Assembly: GCA_051942205.1 (NCBI GenBank)
Contig: JAVECO010000166.1
Location: forward strand, 1-51,365
Length of the DNA: 51,365 nt
DNA from: Coniocarpon cinnabarinum
Taxonomy: Eukaryota
Direction of reading: 5' to 3'
The notes beneath the pieces were generated by a model. The model was not told the origin of the DNA, did not search any database, and was given only the letters and a program-made list of their open reading frames with translations. The translations under genes were made by a program, and so were the position numbers. This document shows, piece by piece, positions 10,849-22,167 of this stretch. Every line of letters starts with the position of its first letter. Position 1 is the stretch's first letter.

Positions 10849-11709
10849 ATGGCAGAACACACACCCCGCGAAGCAGCCCTCGCCCGCCTAAACGCAACAC
10901 TCAAATCCAACAACCCCATCATCGGCGCCGGCGCCGGCATCGGCCTCTCCGCCAAGTCCATCGCAGCAGGCGGCGCCGACATGCTCATTCTTTACAACTC
11001 CGGGCGCTACCGCATGGCCGGCCGCGGCTCCTTAGCAGGTCTGATGCCCTACGGTAACGCGAATAACGTCGTCGTCGAAATGTCCTCTGAGATTCTCCCT
11101 CTCATCAACTCCATGGATTCTCCTCCCTTAATGCTAGCCGGTGTCTGCGCGAGTGATCCATTCAGGGATATCGAACGATTTCTTCACGAATTGAAAGAAA
11201 GGGGATTTGATGGTGTCCAAAACTTCCCAACAGTCGGACTGATAGACGGGAGCTTTCGAGCGAACCTAGAGGAAACCGGCATGGGATACGACTGTGAGAT
11301 TGAGCTGGTCCGCCAAGCAAGGAAACTAGGGCTGTTAACAACGCCCTACGTGTTTAATCCCTCTGAAGCGAGATCCATGACGGAAGCCGGCGCCGATGTG
11401 CTGGTCGCGCACATGGGCTTAACGACCTCTGGGACGATCGGCGCGAAAACGGGAAAAAGCCTGGAGCAGTGCGTCGGTGATGTTGATGAGATTGTGGAAG
11501 CGGCGAGGAATGTGAGGAGGGAGGTGCTGGTTTTGTGTCATGGAGGGCCGATTGCGCGACCGGAGGATGCGAGATTTATCCTTGAGAGGTGTGCGGTTGA
11601 TGGGTTTTATGGGGCTTCTTCTATGGAGAGGTTGCCTGCTGAGAGTGCGATTGAGGGTGTGACGAGGGAGTTTAAGGGGATCAAGTTGGGGAGGTGGGGT
11701 TGTGGCTAA
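10849..11709 (+). CDS. TIM-barrel 'signal transduction'/PEP-hydrolase-like protein (Tm-1 C-terminal domain family)
   Basis: GAGAGIGLSAK, YNSGRYRMAGRGSLAGLMPYGNAN, VQNFPTVGLIDG.FR..LEETGMGY, HMGLT, CHGGPI, GFYGASSMERLP; intronless. Confidence 0.93.
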   Translation: MAEHTPREAALARLNATLKSNNPIIGAGAGIGLSAKSIAAGGADMLILYNSGRYRMAGRGSLAGLMPYGNANNVVVEMSSEILPLINSMDSPPLMLAGVCASDPFRDIERFLHELKERGFDGVQNFPTVGLIDGSFRANLEETGMGYDCEIELVRQARKLGLLTTPYVFNPSEARSMTEAGADVLVAHMGLTTSGTIGAKTGKSLEQCVGDVDEIVEAARNVRREVLVLCHGGPIARPEDARFILERCAVDGFYGASSMERLPAESAIEGVTREFKGIKLGRWGCG

Positions 11710-12514
11710 TGGACTGTCGGTGCTGTGGGTGTATGTGGTCTACTTGCTGGGGTGATCTAGTTATGAAGCAGAGTCTGAGAAAGCTATAGTATGATCTGGT
11801 GAGCGAGGGAGTCTCAGCAAGGCTCTCACGTCGCAGCATCTCTGGAGGACGAAGTAATAAACACAAGCCAACATTCAACTTGACCATAAGCTGCTGTGTA
11901 CTGACTGCTGCATTGGCATGAGAGACGTAACGTGCTTCGACAGCATAGTTGCCCACACATCTTTCGCCTGGTCCACTTCAAAAAAATAAACAACACAAGA
12001 CAAGTATTTCCGCCCAAGCTCATTGCGCTACCATATATCCACTCAACAGCAGCTGACGATCCTAATAGCAGAAGGGTTACTCTAGCCTCTTCTAATACCT
12101 AAACAAAAATAGAATATATAGTATTCACGTATACAAAAATATTAGTTCTCTGTTAGATAATTGCTGTCACAAAGCAACGTGCTCCCGTAGCAAATCCCAC
12201 TGATCATTTTTATACATTATGTACTTGATTATATTTCTAAACTGTTTTTAGTATGTTAGATCTGCTTTAAGCATTCTATATTGAAGCATCCTATATTAGC
12301 TATGAAAAAGTGACGCACTTCGCTAGCAGAACCAACCACCTTATCCTCTCATTTTCTATGCATAAGATGCATTTTGTCCGCGCTGTGGCTATTAACATGT
12401 ATGACAGTAGTTATGGCACAGCCATGAAGCGTCAGAGCTACGGTTACTCAAGGCGATTTGCTTTGAAATAACTGAGTTGTTCACGGGGTAATCGCTCAAA
12501 GATGTTCGCTTCGA

Positions 12515-12755
12515 GGTACTTGCTCGAGGCTACTTGCTCGAGGCTACTTGCTCAAGGCTACTTGCTCAAGCCACTGGCTCAGGCTACTTGCTCGAAACCA
12601 TTTGCTCAAGCTACCTGCTCAAGCTACTTGCTCAAGCTACTTACTCAGGCTATTTGCTCGAAGCTACTTGCTCAAGCTACTTGCTCAAGCTACTTACTCA
12701 AGCCACTTGCTCAGAGCCACTTGCTCAAGCTACTCACTCGAAACTACTTGCCCAG
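12515..12755. repeat. Minisatellite, about 18 degenerate copies of a 13/14-bp unit GCTACTTGCTC(A/G)A(G)
   Basis: Directly visible head-to-tail units without spacers; explains the repetitive ORFs at 12502, 12534 and 12548. Confidence 0.93.
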
Positions 12756-13132
12756 AGACCATCAGTAGAAGCAACCTCAAATCTTCAAATATCAAAGACA
12801 TCTAGCCAGATTAAGAAATCTCCAGTCCTCATCGCGTGCACCAATATCCTCCATTTCAGCGGGATGATGCGGCAGCGTAACACCGCTAGTCGAGATGATT
12901 AGATCGCCTCATACACTCAAATCGAATGAGATTCAATGAGCTAATATAGCATTGCTTAATACTATTCCCCTTCTCCAACGCAAATCTCATATCTAACGTC
13001 ACAATCAAATAAGCCAGTTCCTCTCCACCCGGAAAAAAACCTAATGGCCGGAAAAAGAAAAAACTTAACAGCCGAAAAAGAAGCTTGCTCGCTTCTTCAC
13101 TTCGTAACTCGTTATCTGCGTGGCATCATCAC

Positions 13133-15759
13133 TTAAACCCATACTTCCTCCATCCCCAGCACGTTTACATCGCCCTTGTTGACATCATCCCTCCAGAGCT
13201 CATATGTTAACAGACTCTCGTCTGTATGCAAAAGCAGGACGCGCCATCTCTGTCTGATCCTCACGCTCTCCTTCCCCTTTCCTTTGCCATACCCGTTCCA
13301 ATCGCCATTGTCGTTCCGGTTCCCATGACCGTTGTCGGTGCCCCTCCCATACTCGGTGCGCAGACTTCTCGATGCCTCACTCAAATGTCCTTGCACCGGT
13401 CCCACTGCTAATCCAACCAACGGCTTGATCGGGCGTTGGCCTTTGCGCTCTTGTTTCGGCGTCGGCAACACAGCGTCGAGACGCATCGTATAGAGCGGTG
13501 ATTCGGACGTCTCGGTGAGACAGGTGTTGCGAACGGCATGTAATGTCAAGACAGCGACGCGGCCTTTTGCACTGCCGCAGAGCAGAATGCCAAGGTCGGG
13601 GATGTAGTGAGTCAGATTCATGCGGTCGACGCCGACGAGTTGTTCCTGCCCTGAGGTAAATATCAGCGAATGACGTCCCATCTGGTGATGGAAGCTGTAA
13701 ACATACAGTCGAGACCCACGTCCTGTTCTAGGGGATCATCCAGAACGGTGAAGGGATGACTCCTCGAGAGCTGTTGAAGCTGAGGCGATTGGAAGAGGCA
13801 GAGTGAATGCATGCGGCTGAGAAAGAGAGGACAGCTGGGAGGAGACCTCGTCGAGGGAGAGCTACTGGGCTTCTGGACGAGGACCGTGCCGCGACTCGGC
13901 CAATCGATCTGCCATGATCGGAAAGCAGAGCCGGTTGTTTCGACAAAGGGCGTGGACGGCGTTGAAGACTGTCGTGGACTCGGAACGAGGTGTTGTGAAG
14001 ACGACTGCCGCGAGCGCGATGATGGCAGGCGAGGACGAGAGCGGTGAGATCTGCTATGTTGTGGACTGCTCTGGCTTCCATCATCGGATTGCTCTGATGG
14101 ACTCTCGACGGGCTCCAAGACATCAGGTAATACATCTGACGATGTTTCGTCATCTTGTGAGTGGTTTCCATTCATACCCACTGATATTGAGGGATTCCAG
14201 TCCTGGGTCGGGTCATCCATGGACTTTGGCCCAGCCAGGTTGACAGCGCTGACCTCCACGTCCCCCTGCATCTCCGCATAGAATTCTGTTGGGTAGCGGA
14301 AAGCTCTCCTCGGCTCAGCAGACCAGAAGGATCTTGGATCGAGCCAGTGCACCCCCCATCCAGAGGCGGGATCAAGACCAAACATATCACGTGAAGGCGG
14401 TGGCATAAAGACTCTTAGTGGCTGGCATGTGTAGATGTCCCAGACGAAGAGGCAGCCTCGAATATCTGCAGATGTCAAAAAGCGGCCGTGAGGGTCCGCT
14501 CCGGTGTTGCAGAAGGCGACGGTGGGAATATTATGGCCGTGGCCTTCTAATCGCACGCAGACATCGACGTTTCGCGTTTCGAGGATTGCTTGACTCGTTG
14601 CGGATGACGAAGGACAGTGATGATACCAGCCGCCGATGGCGTAGACGTCATTGGAAACCCAACCTTCATGTGAATTGCTTTCATTGTTCGTATCGTTCGA
14701 CTCGTTCGATTTGAGGTCAGAATCGTTCCGTTTATGTGGGGCGTTGTCTGTTCTAACGTACCACCATGTCAGCCCCTAGACTGCTTGGGATCTCCACAAA
14801 ACGTGTGCGATTTGCATGCTTAGAGACAAAAAAGAGATGATGTGCAGAGGTGTTCGTGCTCTTGTACAAGCCAAAGTCCTCGTGATGGCCGCGTCACGCC
14901 CTGCTTTATGACAAGGTACCATCGTCTGGAGCCAAGCCAGGGGTTTCGCTGCTCAAGCAACAGTGCAAGCAGACACGTGAAGCATCCTCAATCCACTCGT
15001 TCTGCCTGGCACGAGTTCGGTGATGGAGACGAAACCATTGAAAGAAATCACTTACAAGTTAACACAAAACAAGGCAGGAGCTACGACTCACCCTTCATTA
15101 CCAGGTTCTTGACCCTCGCTCAGAGCAAACGCGAACACATTAATTATTCGAATATTCGAACTGACTGCAATCATCCTGGCCTGTTTATGGATCGCGAGGC
15201 CCCATGCGCTCATCTTGACATTGACGTGGAAGAACGGGTGGACCTCGTCTGTCACAGGTCGACTCGAGAAGTTGGCATGCGCTCTGCGCTGCATAGCCTT
15301 GACGATCGAGTCCACGTAAAAAGCCAAGACATCGCCGTCGTCGCACGAGCAGAGAACAATCTCCTGATCGCCCAGCTCACCAATGACGATGTGATTGACA
15401 AAATGCCCATTCTGGTCGTCAATGTAGCCGCGCAAGCTCGGAGAAGATACGGGCAATCTCATGATAAGAGGAGCGTACTTGGGCACAATTTGAAGGGGAT
15501 ACTGCTGCTCGGAGACGTGCAACTCATCTTGATACGCAACGACGTAGAGGTTATGGAAATGCGACAGTGCTGTAAGATTGTTGCGCCATCGCTGGAGCTG
15601 CGGCTCGGAGAAAGAACGTCGTCGCGTGCGGCGGCTTTGAGCTGAAGTGGCGGATATGCATGGTTCTTGAACCTTTCTGCGCCTGAACTTCCGATGTGAA
15701 CGGTGTGGTCGTGCCCGTGGCCAAGAAGCTGGATTGGGAGACTGCATGGGTGACGACAT
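13133..15759 (-). CDS. Crt10-like WD40 protein; exons 15092-15759, 13707-14752, 13133-13650
   Basis: WRNNLTALSH..NLY.VAY, NHI.IG.LG..E....DDGDV.A, V..SAWGLAIH...RMIAVS.N, H.HNIP.V.F, GWGV.WLD, DR.N...YIP.LG, G.IAV.TL; introns 14753-15091 and 13651-13706 join the three ORFs in frame. Confidence 0.85.
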
Positions 15760-16309
15760 GTTGTGGGTTTGCAGTTTGAAGGAGCACGGAGGTGTGCTTC
15801 GACTTTAAGAAGCTTCACCTTTTCGTGAAATGTAAGTAATGGCCGAATTTCAGGAGACGTGAAAATGATGAGGGGAGACCCAAATTGCCCGAAATGGCAT
15901 ATTGGTATGGAAAATGTGAGTCAGACAGGACGATGTCAGAGGTACAACCAATTTACTTGTGTACATTTGGAGATCTAAACGGCCCGGTGCAACGTTCACG
16001 CAGCTAGTGGTGTGATGTTCATTGCATGAAAGCCATGAAGGCGTCCATTGATTATCCTTGCTGCCGCGAGCATTCATCGAGTCGTCGCGCTGCAGCTCTA
16101 ATAGTGACATATCTATCCTTTGCAGAATATCGTATACTGTAAGTGCGAAGCAGCAGAAATCCTCCCATTGTTCCCACGTAGAGTGAGGAGCGTCCTTCGC
16201 ATCGCTCCTTCAGATGATCGTACACGCTTTTGAATCAGACATCAGACGGCCGTCGAGAGCGTCCTGTCTTTCGTAGACACGTTCTCATTCTTGGCGTCGT
16301 ACCGCCCCG

Positions 16310-17470
16310 TTAATTGGAGTAGCCCTTGCCGTAGGCATCATTGCTGCTGCCTCCACTGTGGCGGAGCTTCCCGCTGCTGCTGGTGCCACTGCGGCTGCCC
16401 AGCTCGCTGCTCATCTCGACCGCATGACTGTTCTTGGCCTGGCTGTGGACTTCCTCGTAGCCACCACCTTCGCCTCCATCGGTCATCGTGGTGCCCCTCT
16501 TGCGAGCGGCGTCGTAGAAACGACGCGGATGAAGAAGTGGCCTCATGATGGGCAAGCATGCGCATAAGATTGCAATGCTAGCTTCAAGGTCCAACCACAT
16601 GGATGGCGCAAGGTCGACCCATGTAATATCCAGACTTGCTGGCAACTGTAGGAACACAACAAGCCGGACGATATCAATCGCGCAGGTGACCAGACCCAGT
16701 GACAGCACACCGGCGATCTGCAACAGCTGGGTGCTTGGCAGATGGAGCATGTATATGTCGCGGAACGGTAAGAAAAGGATGATGAAGTCAGTGACACTGA
16801 ATGAGAGGTCAGTAAAAGAGGACAGATGTTTCTCGAAATTTGAAGTAGGTTGTGCTCACATATTAGGAATTTGCAAGCCCCAGTAATATTGCAATAAATT
16901 GATGCAATGACCGTCGGTGCGCTGAGGTTCCCAGGACCTCGCAATGGGGACACAAGCGAGGAGTCCCGTCAGACAAAGTGCAATTCCCCACGCAGTAGTG
17001 ATGCCCGCGAGGATCCACACACTGAGCTTCATGAAGCGCGAAGGAAAGGCGACATAGTAGAGAGAAAGAATGGAGAGCTTGATGAACATGATGGTTGGTG
17101 CGTAAACGAATGAGCCAGTCCACGTTGCTTGCAAGAAATGGGTAATGTTTCCAGGCGGAAGAATGTAGACATGCTTGCCGATGCCATAGCTGATGAGAAA
17201 GCAGGAGAGGCACATGAGACCCAGTTTCATGATCTAAACGAATTGTCAGCAATGGTAAGCGGGCTCAGGGAGCAAAAACTCAAGGATTAAACGTACGAAT
17301 CCGAGCAGGATAAGGTAGTCATTGAGCTCCAATCGCTTGCGCACGATGAGCCGAGCAGCAAATCGACCCACGATGCCGGTGGTGGCCAGAACGAATGACA
17401 CCACAGTCGTAATGACGAGCTTGTAGCTCTTGTCTTTGTAGAGGTCGTCAGGCATGGGCATGCCGGCCAT
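16310..17470 (-). CDS. Second Pth11-like (fungal rhodopsin-domain) membrane protein; exons 17297-17470, 16860-17233, 16310-16796
   Basis: GRF.AR....LE.NDYLI, YGIGKH, IKLSIL.LY, CVPI..SW...GHCI, PNI.TDF.IL.LP, W..LE..IAI.CACLP.MRPL; canonical introns. Confidence 0.9.
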
Positions 17471-18952
17471 GGCAGGCGGTCTCAAAGCAGTACTGTCGAA
17501 AGAAGTGGTGAAATGGGATTGACGCCGTGCGGACTCGAGATCTGACCCAGGATCGTGGGAGTGAGATGCGAGTTGTTGAGATTGGAGATGTTCGATTAAA
17601 GATATCTAGATCTACCACAATGCTGGGCAAAAGATGTAGATTTTGCAGATCGATCTTAGATTGCCGGTCGAGGTGAAAGGTGATCAGCCTGCTCCGAGCT
17701 GCGGGGGGCGAGCAAGGTTGTATGCACAGACAGAGAGCAGGCTGGAGAGATGGGACGGAGACGAGGACGAGGATTGAGGTCAAGTCGAGAGGAAAGAGGA
17801 GCAGAGAAGAAGGAGGCGCACCACTGCAGCCATGTAGAAGCGAATGGGACGTGGATTGGCGTGGAAGGGAGCCTGGTGGTGTTGGTGAAGCGGCGGTGGA
17901 GCAGCGTCCGGTACGGCACCGTGGTACCTTACTTGGAGCTCTGCGCTGCGGTGGGCGAGGGCGAGGGTGAGCTAAGGTAAAGCTCTCAAGCGGTGCCCTC
18001 GTACCTCGCCTGCACCGCGCCCGCCTTACTCGAGCAAGCAGAAGGCCACCGCTCTCATCCAATCTCGTTCCCCAGGCGCCATCCGGCCTCGACCCAGAAC
18101 CCGGGTCACCGCGTCCGTGCGCGCTCGATTTGAGATACTCGGCGCTCGTCGTTAATGATCGTGGCCCCTGACTGGCTGCGGTAGTCCGTGCCGGGACTAG
18201 CGCCATCGTGTAGCCCTGTTCCCTTCCAATCGTCATTTGACAGGCCGCATGCCTCCGTCTGTGTTGGGTGACTGCCAACCCATGGATGTCCTCGCTGCCT
18301 CTGAAACACCCACCGCATGTATTCCATCTCCCCGCCTAGCCTTGCACCAATTTCCCGACTCTTCAGACAATGGTGCATGCGACCTTTGCACAGCAGAGCC
18401 GCAAGTAGGTAGATACCTGAGGTCATGCGTCAGTGGCGGTAAGGCTAGAGAGAGGCTTCCGGGGCCCATGGCTCAACCGCCAAACAATGCACCATCAACC
18501 AGTTCAGCTGCTGAGATGGACAAGCTCAAGCCAGATCCACCTCGCCTCCCGGATGTGGTAACGGTGTGCAGCCGTCGGCGAAAACCTCGAGATGCCCTTT
18601 GCGACGAGCGTTGTCGAGCCAGTGTTGATCCTTTCCAGCCAACACAGCGCATCTCACTCTCGGCCGGCTTATGCACGTCGCTGAGTCTCCCTGGCAGAGG
18701 CTCAGGCCCCACACGTGGCCTACGCTTTATTGACCCAGAACCTTATTTGCCGTCATATCCCACTGTCTCATCCCTCTACTCTTCGTCCTCCTTGTAGGTC
18801 TGTTTCAAACATCCTGAACCAGCCGACTACCTTCCCGGCTAGCCGAGGGCAAAGTTCGTCCAGGCAGGCTCGAAAGTTAGCACATGATCGCGCGCACGCG
18901 CAACCATGGCAGAGCGCACGCCCACTCCCAAAGGCAGAAATGTGACAAGATG

Positions 18953-19423
18953 CCAATGTGACGAGCATTTCCCCGTAGATAATGTGACGAGTCGACAATC
19001 ATAACGAATGGATGACCTCACCAGTCGTGCGGCCAGTGACTGCGGCTGTCCGCCATGGCGCCGGCTGTTGTAAACAGGCGTTCATCTCATTTCGCGGCCT
19101 GACTTGTGTAGTGTCCTCTAACCCCCATACAAGCCCTACATGTTGTGTATGCTTTTTCTCCACCATTTCCCAATGTAACGAGCATTTCCCCATAGATAAT
19201 GTGACGAGCTGACAATTATAACAAATGGATGACCTCACCAATCCTGCGGCTATTGACCGGGGGCCATCGGCCGTGCGCCATGGCGTCGGCTGTTATGAAT
19301 GTGCGTTCATCTCATTTCGCGGGTATACGTGGACATGACATGTGCAGATTGCACCTGTACCTGTCCTCTGGCATATCTTGTGGATATGCTTCTTCTGCTC
19401 TCGACTTGCTCTCTACCATCCCC
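18953..19423. repeat. Imperfect tandem duplication of a ~220-250-bp non-coding unit (copy 1 18953-19169, copy 2 19170-~19423)
   Basis: CCAATGTRACGAGCATTTCCCCRTAGATAATGTGACGAG...GGATGACCTCACCA...GCGTTCATCTCATTTCGCGG occurs twice, with weaker similarity continuing through the remainder. Confidence 0.85.
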
Positions 19424-20235
19424 GCGTGTACCAGTCCAGCATGACATTGCCATAATTCGTATCCTCAATAGCCAATCCTCAATCCTCCACTAACATCACC
19501 ATCTATTCAACACGCCGACGTCTCAACCACTCCAATAGTCCGTATAAAGCACCGAGCGAAACATAGACTAAGCTGTGTATTCATCCTTCGTTTATTTGCG
19601 CGTTTCCTGCATCGAGTCCGATGATATACCGTCGAGGTTCTGTCTTATCGGACGATGAGCGAAATGCGATGCCTTTCCTGCTTGGCGGAGTCGGCTCTTC
19701 ACTTGAATTGTGCGTATGCTAGGGATTGCTTGTAGCGAATAAATCCAAGGCGTTGTGAAAATCGTGTAAACTTCGTGTATGCGCCGATTGGCTTTGGATA
19801 CCATATCCACGTAGAACACAAGAGATTCATTTTACTGACCCTGTCGTCTTTGTAACACTAGAATGAATATCACTGAACGCATAAGCATCATTTATAGATA
19901 ATTTTCAGCTGTTAGAGGGAAAGACCACGAAAGAAGACGACGATTGTGTTTGAGTGGGTAAATCTTTGCATTGCCCGAGCCAACAATTTGACGTAGCTCT
20001 TGAGAGAAGACAATCTATCTATCTCAGCCTCGCGACACTCAAAGATACGAGTCGGGCCCTTGGAACTTGTTTCGTTTCCCTGTAACATCCTGACATCCAG
20101 TCCGTTCTCGCAGAACGTTGCTTGCGCAATGCTCAGCTCCTCACTCCATGGCCATATTGATACAAATCTGTCGTACGCGCAAACACTCGTACAATGCCAG
20201 GGAAACGAAAACAAGCCGGCTCCAAGGACCCTCGA

Positions 20236-22167
20236 CTACAAGTGGAGGTCCTTCCAACCTCCAACCCACTCCGGACCATCATCGCCATGGTCGAGTTCAA
20301 TCTCAAAATCACTAGAATCGCTGTCACAAGCCCCGTCCAGCTGGCTGGGGTGCAGCGGAGACATCTGCGACAAGTTTTGATCGCTTCGCCTCCAGTCCGT
20401 GCTGCGGTTCCACTCCTGCTTCTTCCACACGCTGTGATCCAACTTTTGGTTGTTGCGGTAATTGTTGAAGTTGCGACGCCACGTAGATGGCGAGAACCGC
20501 TTCTTGGCTGATTCAGTTGGATTGTCTCGGAGCGACTCACCAGGGTTACGACGTTTCTCTCCCAGCGCCGCCCACTTGTCAATGATTGATCGTTTGCTCG
20601 GCGGAGAGTATCTTGGCGCCGGCGCGAAATCTCGGTGGCTTGTCTTGGAATCATTCTTAGCGCTGGTGACCGGACGAATCGTCACTGAAGGGTTCTTGAT
20701 TTCAGCGAATGGCGCTCGTGGTGTCGAGTGTCCATCCGACTCAGAGTCTTGACTGAGTTGAGATACGCGAGACCGAACGGCATTGTTGTCCGCCTTGGTC
20801 TGCTTTTGCTCTGCAAGCTCTTCCTGCTCCTCGTCCCACATGTCGCTCCAGCTCTTAGACTCGAAAGTTGACTTTTTCCGGCCAAAGATGGACGAGAGCG
20901 CATTGCCGGCCCGCCCTCCAAAGGCAGGAAGAGAACCAGCAATCGGCAGAGGCTTTGACGATGCGTTGACAGAACCCAATGCGACATTAGTCATGGAGGG
21001 TATGGAAACGCCAAGGCCAGAATCGCCCATAGACTCAACAGATTGTGTATCCGCTTTGGACAACCAGTCTATGTGGGATTTCTCAGATCCAGGGAACAAA
21101 TCCTCGGAGTAGGAATCGTTGTCCGGAATGACGGAGAGAGTGCGACCTTGGGCCTGGGGCGACGACATGTGCAAAGCCTGAGCCCACGGAAAGCCTTTGC
21201 TTTGGTCAATGGCAGGGCTGACGATAGAGGGGGTCCTCAGGGGCTCGCGGTTGAACGTCGCCCGGACAACGTCGCGGTTCTCCGTGCAGAAGTCATCGAG
21301 GCTTTCATCGTCGGTGGTGAAGCTCACCACTCGCTCGAGTGCCGCACGCATGTTTTGAAGAGAGCGCTTCTCAGGATCCAAGGCAAGACAGTGAATCAGA
21401 ACTTCGAAAGTGTCTTGCGACAGGTTCGGGAACACGTCGAACAGTGATTGGCGATCTCTTGCAAAGTCCGCAAACAATGGGTCAGACATTGCCGGCTCTC
21501 CAAAAGGATTTCGCGCGAACAGAATGTTCAGCAGGCATATCCCGATAGACCAAATGTCGGCCTTGGCTGTCGACAGTCCCTGTCCTTGGGGATCGAATTG
21601 TTCCGGAGCCATGTAACGGTCGCTCCCGACAGCAATATCATAGGACCACGAATCGGTTGTGGCAAGTCCAAAGTCACCAAGCTTCATGTCCCCACTCTCA
21701 GTCAAGAAGATATTCTCCGGTTTGATGTCCCGGTGGGAGATGCCCTTGAGGTGCAGAATCTCGACTGCATTGATCAGCTGAAACATGAAGGAGCGGACAT
21801 GATCGGTCTGCTTTGGTCCTTTTTCCTGTCGGATCGCTTCGTAGAGATCACCCATGGAACAGTATTCCAGAACCAAGTAGGAATTATGGCTGGTTTCGAA
21901 AGAATCCAATAGATTCACAATGTTTGGGTGTGACCGAACACGGGTGTGTATCTTGAGCTCCTCGGAGCGATCGTCGACTTGGATACCAGAGTCGAGGCCG
22001 AGGCCGGCTGACGGTTTGAGGAGACATTTCAGGGCAACGGTTTGGCCAGTTTTGGTATCCCTGGCCATTGATACAGCGCCGAATGAGCCATGGTTGAGGG
22101 CTGAAATGGTCGCATAGCGATCATTGAGGATGACACCCGGAAGCTGCTGACCGAAATCTGATGCCAT
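20236..22167 (-). CDS. Ser/Thr protein kinase, Ksp1-like (Ran1/Pat1-related group)
   Basis: LNHGSFG loop, VALKCL, HRDIKPEN, DFG, GSDRYMAPEQ, FTTDDE after the kinase domain, SWSD.WDEE and C-terminal EWVGGW; ATG at 22167 (ORF track extends it from GTG at 22224). Confidence 0.9.
   Translation of the reverse strand: MASDFGQQLPGVILNDRYATISALNHGSFGAVSMARDTKTGQTVALKCLLKPSAGLGLDSGIQVDDRSEELKIHTRVRSHPNIVNLLDSFETSHNSYLVLEYCSMGDLYEAIRQEKGPKQTDHVRSFMFQLINAVEILHLKGISHRDIKPENIFLTESGDMKLGDFGLATTDSWSYDIAVGSDRYMAPEQFDPQGQGLSTAKADIWSIGICLLNILFARNPFGEPAMSDPLFADFARDRQSLFDVFPNLSQDTFEVLIHCLALDPEKRSLQNMRAALERVVSFTTDDESLDDFCTENRDVVRATFNREPLRTPSIVSPAIDQSKGFPWAQALHMSSPQAQGRTLSVIPDNDSYSEDLFPGSEKSHIDWLSKADTQSVESMGDSGLGVSIPSMTNVALGSVNASSKPLPIAGSLPAFGGRAGNALSSIFGRKKSTFESKSWSDMWDEEQEELAEQKQTKADNNAVRSRVSQLSQDSESDGHSTPRAPFAEIKNPSVTIRPVTSAKNDSKTSHRDFAPAPRYSPPSKRSIIDKWAALGEKRRNPGESLRDNPTESAKKRFSPSTWRRNFNNYRNNQKLDHSVWKKQEWNRSTDWRRSDQNLSQMSPLHPSQLDGACDSDSSDFEIELDHGDDGPEWVGGWKDLHL

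Noticed and set aside
12502..12902. Repeat array as CRISPR, or the three overlapping repetitive ORFs as genes
   Set aside because: Units are contiguous 13/14-mers with no unique spacers, no cas genes, eukaryotic context; mixed unit lengths shuffle the frames
13028..13085. Three short CCG(G)AAAAA repeats
   Set aside because: Low-complexity 3' UTR sequence of the Crt10-like gene; too short to support a function
13651..13706. Apparent frameshift between Crt10 ORFs
   Set aside because: Explained by a canonical GTATGT..GCTGAT..CAG intron
14842..15645. 267-aa plus-strand ORF
   Set aside because: Antisense shadow of Crt10 exon 1 and intron; GTG start, no motifs
17448..18797. 276-aa and 186-aa ORFs upstream of the second Pth11-like gene
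   Set aside because: GC-rich/CT-rich leader and promoter sequence, low complexity, no recognisable domain
18953..19322. Miniature LTR element (two LTRs plus internal region)
   Set aside because: Similarity continues through the supposed internal part, so it is a tandem duplication; no clear TG..CA ends, primer-binding site or target duplication
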